A DNA stretch of 64,000 nucleotides from Curvularia clavata (taxonomy: Eukaryota), in NCBI GenBank assembly GCA_023920165.1, contig CP089275.1, positions 434,001 through 498,000 on the forward strand. The letters are read 5' to 3'. Shown here in pieces: positions 50,444 to 63,456 of this stretch (positions are counted from its first letter, which is position 1; each line of letters opens with the position of its first letter). Below the pieces are notes generated by a model. That model did no database searches. It was given only the letters and a program-made list of their open reading frames with translations, and was not told the DNA's origin. Both the position numbers and the translations under genes were made by a program.

Positions 50444-52497
50444 ATGCCAGTGGGGTCAAAGTCTAGCGTAGGTTTCCGGTCAAAGAATGAATCCTCCAAC
50501 AGCTTACTCTCTTTCAGAGCGGTCTAGCCAACACAACAATCGGCGAATCTGCTATTGAATTGAACTATCCAAAGCTGGAGAATGCCGATTTTCAGTTTCG
50601 TATGCTGGCTCTGGAACCCTCTGAGGACTTCAGTGACGACATTAAATGTCATGTCCATAATCGATCGCGAAGTCGCAACCCAGAGTACGAAGCTTTATCT
50701 TACAGATGGGGAGATCCAAAGGATACTACTACAATTTATGTCCGCCTGACTGAATATCAAGGCGAACAAGAATCTGATGAGACTCCATATACACCATGGC
50801 CAGTTACGCGCGACCTGGAACAGGCACTGCGATCCTTGCGACTACCCGATAAAATGCGTCTTCTCTGGGTAGATGCACTTTGTATAAATCAAAATGACGA
50901 CCTTGAGAAGGGTCAGCAGGTTCGAATAATGGGCAAGATTTATCAAAACTGCGTCCGAGATCTTTTATGGCTCGGACCAGAGAATGCTCAGATCGGGCGA
51001 GCCATGAGACTGATCCTGAAACTCCAAGGCCATGGTGAAAGCGGTCATGATAGAACTTGTAGGTCGATGATTGAAACCGAAAGCACAACCTTCTCGGCCT
51101 TCTCAGACCAAGCCTGGGATGACCTGAAGAGTCTTATCCTACATCCTGTCGTATGGGACAGAGTCTGGATTATCCAAGAGCTGATATTATCGCCCGAATT
51201 CACGCTCGTGTGTGGGAAAGATACACTGGACTGGAGTTGTATTGACAGCGTACTCGATGACAACCGCGATATCTTGAGAATATTCGACCTGCGAGGCACT
51301 GAGCTCAGAATGCTTCCAGAAGTTATCCACAAAGTGTCCATCATTCGGATGTATCGGATGCCACCAGAAGTGACCACCCGTTTGTTTTCCAAGTCCTTGC
51401 TCACCACTTTCTTCACTTTTCTGGAATGGGAAGCGACTGATAGACGAGACAAAGTCCATGCAGTGTTGAGTCTTACGACAGACGGGAAGGGATTGGATGT
51501 GGACTACCGAAAGACGATGGATCAGTTGTCAATTGATTTCGCTACAACATGCCTTGCGCAGGGCAACGTGAGACTGTTGTCTCACAACACAAACTATTGC
51601 GTCGATAAAACTCAGTATCTCAAACATCATCCAAGCAGCCGTGGGGATGCCATCAACGAGACGGAGCTTTTGGTTCCTCGCAGAAAAGACTGGCCAACAT
51701 GGATTCCTGATTTGTCCGACGATATCATCAGGAATGCTAAAAGCCCTGGTCTTTCTACTGCAGGAATCGCGAATTATAAAGCATGTGGTTCCATGGAATG
51801 TATGGAGGCCATGCAAGTCAGCCGTTGTCAGATTACTCCTTCACTTGAACTACTGATGGCTGGAGTCTTTGTTGATTCAGTTGCACTCGTCAACCCAATA
51901 ACCCTCGTGTCAGAGAACGAGACTGCAAGAGATCGATGGACTCGTGATGTTCTCGCCTGGGCACCGCCTGAAACGAAACAGCCAAATGCAATCTTGCAAC
52001 CATATCCATGGTCTGACGCAGAACATGAAAGCGTTGTCTCAGCATACTGGCATACCATCGTGACAGATCGTCGTACGGATAAACGACTCAACGCAGAAGA
52101 CCTAAGACAACCCCAATGGTATATGGAGATCTCAGAGGGCTCTGATGTACCCGAGGAAAACATGTTGCTGGCCGGCTGGCGCTTCGGCAAGACTGCGGCT
52201 GGTATGTACTGTATGCTTCCACCTCAATCGAAGGTAGGGGATACCCTTTGCGTGCCGAGCGGAGGACAAGTGCCACTACTACTTCGGCGGCGAAGCGGAG
52301 ATCGTGAGGTGTATGAGCTGATTGGGGAGGCATACGTGCATGGTATCATGGATGGAATGGGGATGCTTCGAGCGCTCGCAAACATGAGTAAGATGATGCA
52401 AGCTGATCCGAATCATGATTTCGAACACATGACTAGAAGGCTACAAGACGAGACGAGGGGCACGCAGTTCTATATGAAGACTTTGACCATCGCATGA
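50444..52497 (+). CDS. HET-domain protein (het-6-like)
   Basis: Motifs YEALSYRWG, LWVDALCINQ, VWIIQE, DRRDKVHA and YELIGEAYVHGIMDG; short exon 1 followed by an in-phase intron at 50468-50517. Confidence 0.88.
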
Positions 52498-53161
52498 AAA
52501 TACGATACATGGTATTCACGGTCACTGCCGTTCGTGGTTTCGCCATACTCTGCTGATGATCTTGTTTAGCATACTCAACAAAGACCGGGTGTGAGAGAGG
52601 AGGAGCCAAAGGGAACTGCGGATAGGGGAGATTGTAGTTGTCTTTGGTGTCTAGTAGTGCGCACGTGCGCGTTCGCTGTACCTAGTACCAATTCTGTAAC
52701 TGACTGGTGTTACTGAAGCTGGACGCTACATGAGAGCTGTTTAGCATGCTTCGACGCCTCTAATTTTTTAGGATTTGGCATCGCTAAGCAGCGCGCGCTG
52801 CCGGGGTGTTTTCCAATGCCTCATCCAATCAAGGTAGGTCACAGCCTTGTGTCCAATGTTCTGGTGCATGCCTTCAGCCGTGCTTGCCCCACCCGAGGCG
52901 TGATACGAAACACCCTCACCACACTTGATTGTGCCAGCGAGCGCCCGCTTTGGCTCAGAACACGATCGCACTTTGCAATATCATACTGCAAGTCAATAAT
53001 GCGGTGAAATCCTCTCTTCTCTTTTCTTGTAGGTAACGCGTAGGGTGCGAAGGTCACGACACGCAGCCTCGCCCGCGCACGCTGGGTCTGCCAGGCTGCC
53101 GTAATAAGCCTCTTGTGTTTTGTACCTGCTACCTGCGCCGACTCTCCACCCATACAACGCA

Positions 53162-56100
53162 ATGCGTCTTCTCAAGTACGGAGATAACGACGAATTCTCT
53201 ATCGCCGAATTCGGTGAGGACACAAAGCCACCATATGCGATACTCTCCCACAGGTGGGGACCAGAAGCAGACGAGGTAACCTTCGAAGATGTAGTAGGAA
53301 ATAAGGGCAAGGATAAGCCTGGCTATGCGAAAATTCGCTTCTGCGGGGAACAAGCACAGCGAGATGGCCTGCAGTACTTCTGGATTGACACTTGTTGCAT
53401 TAACAAGGCAAACAAGGCAGAGTTGTCGTTAGCTATCCAGTTGATGTTCCGTTGGTACCGCAACTCAGTGCGATGCTACGCCTACCTATCAGACGTGTCT
53501 GTATCGCATTCTGGAGAGGACGGGGGGTCAAATGTGCCCGCGTGGGAACCAGACTTCCGCAAAAGTGAGTGGTTCGTTCGCGGATGGACGCTCCAAGAGC
53601 TTCTCGCACCTAGCTCAGTCGAGTTCTTCTCACAGCAATGGGAGAAGCTCGGCGACAAGAAATCATTACTACACCAAATTCACGAGATCACTGGCATCCC
53701 ACATTCAGCACTACAAGGAGCTCGGTTGTCTCAATTCAGCATCAACGAGCGGCTACGGTGGACCGAATACCGGTATACTACATATCCAGAAGACAAGGTG
53801 TACTCATTGTTAGGTATTGTTGATGTTGACTTGGCCCCATGCTACGGCGAAGGCCTAGCTGGAGCGTTCAGACGACTTCACGACGAGATCGATAAGACGA
53901 AACGATGCATCCAGGACTTACGCGACACAGATCCGCGCGACGATAAGAAGCGCATTGAGGATACAAAGGGTGGCTTGCTAAAAGATTCGTACCGCTGGGT
54001 CCTTCACAACGATAGTTTCCGACAGTGGCGCGAAGACCAGCAGAGACTGCTATGGATAAAGAGTGACCCTGGCAAGGGCAAGACGATGCTACTCTGTGGT
54101 ATCATCGATGAACTTCAAGATTCAATGCCCCAAGGTGCTGTGCTATCGTACTTTTTCTGTCAAGCGACGGACGCGCGCATTAATAGCGCAACAGCTGTAC
54201 TAAGAGGGTTGCTTTACATGGTCGTAAGCCAGCAACCCTCACTTGCATTGAATGTCCGCAAAAGATACGATCAAGCAGGCAAGAAAATGTTCGAGGATGC
54301 GAATGCATGGGTTGTTCTAGCGAAGATGTTCACGGACGTGCTGCGAGACCCGAGCTTGACTACTCATACTACGTATCTAATCATCGACGCGCTAGACGAG
54401 TGCATTACCAACTTGCCAGAGCTACTTGACTTTGTCGCAAAGCAGTCGTCTGCCCTCTCCCACGTGAAGTGGATAGTTTCTAGCCGCAACTGGCCAGAAA
54501 TAGAGGGACGCTTAGAGCAGATAGTAGGCCACAAGGTCAGACTAAGTCTCGAGCTAAATGCAGCGTCTGTGTCGACGGCAGTCCAAATCTTTATCGATCA
54601 AAGAGTCTCTGAGCTCGCGCACCAGAACAAGTACGACGACACGACCAAGCGCGCTGTGCTCGAACATCTAGCATCCAATGCAAACGACACCTTCCTATGG
54701 GTAGCGCTAGTGTGTCAGCACCTTCGAGCGACAGCAAGGCGAAACGTTCTGAGGAAGCTAGAGCTGTTTCCGCTTGGACTGAACGCCCTATACGAGCGGA
54801 TGATGCAGCAAATCAACAAAACGGACGATGCTGAGCTCTGCAAGCAGGTGCTAGCTACGGTTGCACTTGTATATCGGCCGATCACGCTCGAGGAGCTGGT
54901 AGCTCTTGTCGAACCGCTTGAAGATATAACCGACGACTCAGAACTACAAGAGATTATCGGTTATTGCGGCTCTTTCCTTACCCTACGAGGACGGACTATA
55001 TACTTTGTACATCAGTCAGCTAAGGACTTTCTCCTTACCAAAGCGGCTCAAGAAGTTTTCCCAGCCGGACAGGAGGCCTTCCACTACTCTATCTTTGCAA
55101 GATCGCTTCAGGTTATGTCCACAACCTTGCAACGGGATATTTATGGTCTTAAAGTGCTAGGCATATCGATCGATGATGTCAAGATACCTGAGCCAGACCC
55201 GCTAGTAGCAGTGCGTTACTCTTGTGTTCATTGGGTCGACCATCTGCGCGACTCAAACCCTACAGCTTCCGCAACCTACGCAGGATGTTTGCAAGATGGA
55301 GGCCTTGTTGAAAGATTCTTGAAAGAAAAGTTTCTGTATTGGCTAGAGTCTCTCAGTCTTTGCGAAAGCATGCCGAAAGGTGTAGTCTCGATGAATGAGG
55401 TACAGATGTTAGTGCAGGTGTGTATGCAACAAACTACCTGCGAGATAACCTTCTTACTGACAGTAGCTAGGCACAAGGCAAGTCAACTTCATCTACTGAG
55501 CTTGTGTACGATGCATATCGATTTGTCATGTACCATAAGCAAGTAATCGAGATTCAACCTCTTCAGGTTTATGGATCTGGGCTATTGTTTAGTCCAACGC
55601 AGAGTCTAGTGAGAAAGCTATTCCGGCAAGAAAAGCCAGAAGGTATCACTATCAAACCAGGCATCAGGGACGGATGGAGTGCATGCCTGCAGACGCTTGA
55701 GGGCCATATGGGTATTGTTTGTTCAGTAGCCTTCTCGCACGACTCGACGCTGCTGGCTTCAGGATCTAGAGACGACACTGTCAAGATATGGGATGTAAGA
55801 AGTGGCACGTGTCTGCAGACCCTTGAGTACGGTAATATGGTTGATTTATTGGCATTCTCGCACGATTCACGGCGGCTGGCATCATCTGACAGGCGGGATG
55901 TCAAGATATGGGATGTAAGCAATGGCATGTGTCTGCAGACGCTAGAGCTAAACGACGGTTATCTCGCATCGGCGGCATTCTCGCACGACGCAACGCGACT
56001 GGCATCGTTTCACAAGGGGACTGTCAAAGTATTAGACACGAGCAACGGAGCGTGTCTACAGACCTTTGAGAACAATTATGGTGATGCTGGATTGGTGGCC

Positions 56101-57534
56101 TTCTCGCACGATTCGGCGTGGTTGGCGTTGGCGTCAGCGACCAACCACGGAGCTATTCATATATGGGATATAAGGAATGCTGTATGCCTACAGAAACTCA
56201 GAGTGCCTACCGACAGTGTCACTTCTATAGTCTTCTCACGCGACTCAGCGCGACTAGCGTCGGTATCGAGGGAAAGAACTATTAGAATCTGGGATACAGG
56301 TAGTGGTGTATGTCTGCAGACGTTCGAGGGCTATACCAACGGTATTGCCTCTATAGTCTTCTCAAACGACTCAGGGCGACTATTTTCAGGGTATTGGGAC
56401 GGAACTATCAAGATTTGGGATGTGCGTAATGGCGATTGTCTACAGGCGCTCGAGAGCCATAGCACTTGGATCACCTCCGTGGTCTTGTCGCCTGACTCGA
56501 CACAGCTCGTGTCAGGATCTGGGGATAAGACTATCAAAATATGGGACACCAACAGCAGCACGTGTCTACAGACATCTCAGGACCATAGCTATTCAGTCAT
56601 ATTAGTGGTCCTCTCGCATGTCTCTACGCGACTAGCGTCAGCGTCTTACGATGAAACTATCAAGATATGGGATACGAGGAGCGGCGAATGTCTGCAGACG
56701 CTTAAGGGCCATAGCGATACAGTCTCCTCAGTTGACTTCTCACACGACTATACTTGGCTAGCGTCAGCGTCTAACGATAAAACTATCAAGATATGGGATA
56801 CAAGGAGCGGCGAATGTCTGCAGACGCTCAAGGGCCACCAAAATGGTGTTGAGTCAGTAGCCTTTTTGCATGACTCAAAGCGGCTAGCGTCAGCGTCTAA
56901 CGATAAAACTATCAAGATATGGGATACAAGGAGCGGCGAATGTCTGCAGACGCTCGAGGGTCATAGCGATACAGTCTCCTCAGTTGACTTCTCACATGAC
57001 TCAACGTGGCTAGTATCGACATCTAAAGATCGTACCATCAAGATATGGGATATGGATGATGGTGCATGTTTGCAAACGCTTCAGGGTCATAGATATTCTG
57101 TTGTCTCCGCGGCCTTCTCGCACGACTCAACACGACTGGCGTCGTCGTCATGGGATGGCACTGTGAAGATATGGAATGCAAGCAGCGGCGCATGCCTGCT
57201 AACGCTCGACGTTGGAAGACGTCTGTATTGTTTGTCATTTGATGCTACTGGCGAATACTTGATTACAGATATTGGATCTATTGATGTAAGTACATCCATG
57301 GGATCTGCCACAGTGAATGCCACAGAGCTTCAACATCCCCGTTATGTTGGCGTGGGCATAAGCATTGATGGCACATGGATTACTTATGACGGCAAGGAAC
57401 TGATCTGGATACCACCTGAGTATCGACCCACATGCTCGTTTGTGCACGGAGACACAATTGGCATAGGTACTACATTAGGAAGAACATGGGTTTGTAGTAT
57501 TGACGTTCAAACGGTTTCCCAGCTATATGTATGA
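53162..57534 (+). CDS. HET-NACHT-WD40 NLR (HNWD, het-e/het-d-like)
   Basis: HET motifs YAILSHRW, WIDTCCI and RGWTLQE; NACHT SDPGKGKT and IIDALDE; about 12 WD40 repeats; intron near 55418-55470. Confidence 0.92.
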
Positions 57535-57755
57535 GCAAATACAAATACAGAGCTTCTTTCTCTATCTCATGCTCCATTTTCTTGACCCCTATCTCATAGA
57601 AATGAATGTGGATGCCTGAGTACATACATACGTGGTTTTGCCGCATCGAAGTGTCACAAAAGTTCAAGAAGCCAGACGATCGCGATTCTATTACACCATC
57701 ATTGTAGTCACTCATCAGCTGCCAATAGCATTGATAGCGTCTTTTTCATAATCTG

Positions 57756-57904
57756 GACCCGAAAAATTAACGCATTTTTGTAACCTAGAGTGGAAGCCTT
57801 AACAGTTGTTATGGCAGATGGCGCGGTGACATACTAGTCAACATCTCGGATTGTAAAGCAATTGTTAGCTCGGGGGAGACAGGAGTTCAACCTTGACTGT
57901 AGAG
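57756..57904 (+). repeat. R4: decayed arm + 5'-truncated tRNA-Asp copy
   Basis: GTAACC-N25-ATGGCAGATGGCGCGGTGACAT is followed by TAGTCAACAT..TTGTAAAGCAATTGTTAGCTCGGGGGAGACAGGAGTTCAA..AGAG and a T-tract. Confidence 0.75.
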
Positions 57905-58988
57905 TCATCTTTTTTCTTGATTTTTTCCACTTTAGTGGGTGGGTAAGTGCAGCTGAAGGGCTGGTCTAATTATAATGTACACTACTGGTTTACGGCTACT
58001 TGTCTGGTTCCCGGTCCTAGCATCAAGCCATTACATGGTCTCTACATCAGCACTCAGAGAAAAGAGATGGTAATCTCACTCGTGAGAGAGCTCAAGGTAC
58101 CTATCTTCCTCAGTGGAATACTAGGTGCATGCCAGCATCATACACTGAGTGACATTTTCGCTTTTAAGCCTTGGCTAGCGCGTCTACGCTACGCATCTCG
58201 CTTGCCGTTCTATATGCATTCCTCGTGTGGTCTCCTAAGATCTTTGGCCGTGCGATTAGAAATATGTAAATAGTGACACCCGACTGAAGTCTGACTGGCA
58301 TTTTGATGTTTCGCGTGACTCAAGTCATATGGTCCACATCAAGCGATTATCAACTTCGCAGTGGCGAAGCACTGTCAGATTGACGTCAGGGTACTTTGCC
58401 TTTTTAGGAGCAGTTAAACAATACTAGTATAGATACATAGCTTTTTAAAATATTTGATAGTGGTTGTTGCCTCATATACCTAAATTTGGGCTTCTTGGCC
58501 AAGATCCTTGTTCCCTTAGTATACACAGGTGAGGCAGGACTCGACAATCCTGGCATATCTAGTACCCTTATCCTTGGAAATTCCGGTAATTGCTACAGAA
58601 AAAGGCGCAATTCTACCAGTTTCAGATCGTTCAACACTCTGAAAGCTAAAGTCTCTTCGCACAGACGGTAGGTGTGCGACCCGACAAGGCGCTGATCCTG
58701 GTTGTACTCCACAAGCGAGCTTCAAAGCCCGATCTCAAGCAGAAAACTCCGAGGCTATGATTGTCATCCTGAGCGATGTAACGATCTTCACAGCCTGCTT
58801 CTTGGCTTTGAAAATGCTGATTTGTATTCTCTGCCCAGTCGTTATCCCCAGACAATCGGGTGCCTTCATCACCACAATAATACTGACTGCATTCTTCAGA
58901 GCTGTCTCGTACCTTGATACACTAGCACCAGGAAATTCAGTATTGGGAAAGAAAAGGCCAGCCAGAGTCATTTCGATATTCTCATCGT

Positions 58989-61946
58989 TTAGGACGCCTT
59001 TTCCAATGCTTCGTTATAATCATCGGTGCGTATCGTGGGCTTCTCCCCACGAATATGTTGAACCATGTTTCTAGCCCAGGCTCTAAAATAGGCACTCCAG
59101 GCGACTTGGCGCAACAGGGCCTTCTCAGTGGCTCGAAAGAGGCACGGAAGAGAATCCAGCCCACGCAAGATACCCACGTTCGTTAAATGAATATCAGCAT
59201 CTCCGCCACTCCTGACCCAATTTTGAACATCCTCTCGGCTTGAGAGTTGATCGAGCCGCACGAGACGCCGCGGCGCTGTGCCTAGCCGCCCAAAGTTGGT
59301 ATCTGCTGATGCCTGCGACGGCTGGGGCTCCACTTGCCGTAGTTCCATGTAAAGCGCAATGTAGCAAATGGCAACCCCAACACTGAACATGTCGTAGCAC
59401 GCAAGACGCTGCATGGTCTGAAGAGACTTGGAAATGCGCGCGGCGTGCCACAAACACTTTCTCGACCGCTCTCCGTCGCGCTCTAAGAACTCTCTGAACT
59501 TTGTCTTCGACCTCGTCATCTGGGTAGTGTTGGCTTGCCAACCGGTACCCGTAAACAGGATCTGCAGGGAGACGCAGCGGAGGATAGCTAGGATATGGGG
59601 AAGAGATTCATGGCAGCTGGCTGATTCCCGCGTCGAAAACACGATGTGATCGATGGACTCATCTAGCAACGGGTTATCGATTCTCGCATCCTCATTGTCG
59701 ATAAAAGCTTGCCCGATGGGCGCCTTGGGGATTCTGGGGCTCACGGCTCTGAGATGGGAGCCGAACAAGTTCACTGCGAGTCTTGATGCGCGGCGCTGCC
59801 TTTGGATGTTCTTTTCGTTAATGTACAATGATAGTAGGCTCATCTTGGTTAAGAAGGGGTTGTAATCGGTTCTTGGTGGTGGAGCTTCCTGGGACGCTCC
59901 TGGCTTCAACTGAACAGCTATACAAATCAGTCAAGGCGTGAGCACCTAGTATCCTGCGAGCTCTTACTAACCTTCAGATTTCTTCTGCTTCGACTTCCAG
60001 TCACTGAGATCTTTCGAATACCAAATACCACTGGGGCAGGGCATCTGCCGCGAGATATCAAACAGATCAAAATTTGTGGGGATATCAGTAAAGAGAAAAT
60101 GAATACATTCGAGCACTGTCACGAATTAATGTCGCCGATCCCATGCTAAGCGAAACACACAGACTTACTATATACGCAGCAAACAAGTCGTATTTCTTCT
60201 TCCGTTGTAAGCCACTGTGCCCACTCTTCACGAAGGGTGAAGGCACGTTGCCGGGCTGTTCTCTCGTCGTCCCTTCGCAACACCACGTCGTAGCACATGT
60301 CAACGAGCATGTGCCTCTGATATTGGCAGCGGATGATTTCTTTATACAAACCGCAAAACGAGAGGTGAATACGGCGCAAAAAGGTGCTCTGGATGAGGGG
60401 CTTGCTTGGTCGTTTGATCTGTAAATTGGCCTGTAGATGACAGTCAATAAAGGTCAGAAACAACTTAGGACTGGGTTGGCAAGGCACCTCACTGTCAACT
60501 GCTCGACCCAGCAAGTCGCACAATATCGAGGTATATTCTTGTATATTGTCAAGTTCAGAGTAATAGCTTCCGATGGCTGCCGTTGCTAAGAGCAAAATCC
60601 AAGGCAAATCTTCTGCCTCAAGATGTGAGATATGCAAGAAGGGGAAGTGGGGATCGAAGTACTCAAAGTAGAGATCTACAAAGGCTTGGATAAGGGGCAT
60701 AGGAACAAAAGATGATGTGTTGTCCTGGCATTGCGTTGCGTAGAAGTCTTGTAGGTCTCCGTATGCGCGAGCGGGGACGCTGTGGACGTGGCCAAATGTT
60801 TCTGCCTCGGCAGTCTGTATTTGACTGTCTTGCGTCTGTGGAAATCGCCGGTATAGAGGCTGGACGTGTGAATGAGAGCTCTGTACGACTGGATTGGTCG
60901 GATCCGAATTCGACGGACGGTCTGGCACATTCTGGTGTAAGCACTCGACTGAGGGGGCCGGCGCTTCTTGGCCCTGCATATGATAATTTGTGGAGTGACT
61001 GCGTGTCTCGATGCCGCACTGCTGCTTGTGGCTTGTCATGTCATTTGGAGCGCCAAGCGCATCCTCGAATTCTGCAGGTACCAGGCAGAACGGAAAGTAA
61101 GCTGTCATGTCATTCCACCCGGAGGCGAATTCGCTCACGACTGCGTCTCCATAGAGGGACAGAGAGGGGTCCCATTGATCAGACGTATAAAGATTAGAAT
61201 CGCTAGGTAGGGAAGAAGGGGTAAAGACAGTGGGCAGTGAAATTGGATGCCCGGCCGTTGTAGGAGAAAACGAATCGTTGCTTTGGTTGTTGCTGGTAGA
61301 GTCACTGGTGAAGTTGCTGTCATTGTAATGTAAAGCAGACTGCTCAGCGACCTCCGATAGTTGACTACTTGCCACATGAAGTCTAGTTGCTGGGCCGTTA
61401 GTGTCGCTAGGATGTAGATCGGACGAGATCGAGCTGGTCGTCGCAGCACTGGTGCGAGCAGTGGGTGTCTCGCTCGTTCGAGGAGAGATATCTGTGACAC
61501 TGATGGCCTTTCCCGGGCCGTACGTGCACTCGGTTCCAGTTTCCCGACAACGCGCACATGGCAGACCCCTCCCACAACGCTGCTTGAGCCGAGCACAGGA
61601 AAGACAAGCCTGTACACATCGACGTGGTGTACTGCGTGTCTGATCTTCAATACGATGAATTCTGTTGTGGCGCACGAGTGTGTCGCTGTGAAAGCCTTTA
61701 TGATCAACTGGATGCCGTGTGGAGATCAGGTTCTGCAATACTGCATGCGACGCACCTCCGCGCAAAGGACTTGGAGCAAACCTCGCACTGAAACGGCTTA
61801 ACGCCGGAATGCTTTCGCATATGCCGGTGCCGGTGCTCTCTCCGAAGGAACGTCTCCCCGCAGTGCTCACATGTGAGGGTCGCGGGATGAGACGCCATGT
61901 TCTTAACGATGGGCGTCGGGTGCATGGGAGAGGTGAAGGTCGACAT
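58989..61946 (-). CDS. Transcription factor with two C2H2 fingers, a Zn2Cys6 cluster and a fungal TF middle domain
   Basis: CEHC..HRHRHMRKH, KPFQCEVC, ACLSCARLKQRCGRGLPCARC..C and YFEYFDPHFPFLH; multi-exon. The start could be 61946, 61925 or 61898. Confidence 0.87.
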
Positions 61947-62244
61947 AGAGAGAGCAATGTGGGGCGTCTGGACCACCCGCCGACCCCATGTTTACCCCAC
62001 CCCCGTCGGCGCAGAGGTTCTCGGGCGTAGAGGTTCTCGGCCGAGAACGGTAATGAAGGTACCTACACACAGCATCTCCGAAGCACTTTGACAGCGGCCG
62101 CCATCATGGCCCCGTTGTATATGACCGCCCTGCATGGGCGCTTGCTCCTCGCGTCAGAGTGCCGATTTTTTATAAATCTTTATTTTTGGTTTGAAGTCAT
62201 ACACCTCGATTCTCGGACGAACGTCGTGCATTCTGACAACCACC

Positions 62245-63456
62245 ATGGATCACACGGCAGGTTCTACTGACCGCACAACCATTGAATGGTTTGGTGAGGT
62301 CACCCCCGGCAGTTGCATGCTTGTGCACACTGACGAGATCTAGGCGCCACAACGTTTCGGCTTCGTGTCAGAGGCATCACCATCTTCTTAGACAGCTGGC
62401 TTGACAGGCCCTCCGCCATGCCCAAGTACCTTGCCGCCGATGATGTGAAAGAGGCAGACTATATTTTCATCTCCCATGCTCACTTTGACCAGTAATTCAA
62501 TGACATCTTGATACACGTGACAAAGCAAGCTGACGAATTGGGAAGTCTGCCTGGAGCCGACCGCATCGCCATAAAAACCGGTGCCATTGTGATCGCCAAC
62601 GGTGAAGCCATTCAATGTCTCCGGAATGCGGGCGTCCCAGAGGAACAGCTGATTCCTGTGGCTGGTGGCGAGCGCATACCGCTTTTCACCCACGCAGTTC
62701 GCCAGCGAGCCCGACAGGATCCGTCTCTGCGGGCCAAAGGGTTGCCCGGCGCCCCCATCTTCCCAGTACATACACTGGCTAGCCTCTCGGTGCATGTTTG
62801 GCCGTCCCTGCACTGCATGATGCCCGAGGACCACCCACAGGTCATTGATACGGCAACAGTGTACACCGGCTCGGCAACGCCCTATACCTGTTCCTTAGAC
62901 ATCACGTTTGGGATGAAGCATGGCCTCTTAAATCTTGGCAAGCTCGTTCCGCCCGAGAAGCTCAACGACGGCCAGCGCTCCTTTATAGAGTACGTTGGTG
63001 ACCGGGAGCGTAATGTATTCTCCCACTATGACGGTGGACAATTGATGTTCAACTTCATCATTGGAGACAAGGCCTTGCTCTGGAGTGCCCATCTTGGCGC
63101 CTACGAGGGCGTCGTGAAAGATATGCAGCCCAAGCCAGATATTGCCATCTTGGCCATTGCTGGACGAGCCAACTTGAACGGGCGACCATTTGACGGCTCG
63201 TCGGCTGAATTCGCCGTGAAAAAGCTTGAGTGGCTTGAAAACCCATCTACAGTAATCTGGGCTCTTCATGATGAAAGGTAGGTATCCAGCCCTTAAACAT
63301 AGCACCATCATGAAAACAATGGACTGACTTGCTTTTCTCAGTTGTATCCCTCCTTACCGAATAGATACGGCAGCAGCCACAGCTGCAGTAGAGAAACTGA
63401 ATGGATCAAAGGTTTTAGATCTGAAGCATGCTGAGGTGGTTGAGCTGGACTTGTAG
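62245..63456 (+). CDS. Metallo-beta-lactamase-fold hydrolase
   Basis: TIEWFG-ATTFR, FLDSWL, ISHAHFDH (split by an intron) and WALHD; divergent from the TF gene. Confidence 0.82.

Larger units (their letters stand above)
49978..57904 (+). mobile_element. Putative tRNA-Asp-integrated island (~7.9 kb) carrying HET and HET-NACHT-WD40 genes
   Basis: Bounded by direct repeats T2 and R4; no integrase; mobility is inferred. Confidence 0.45.
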
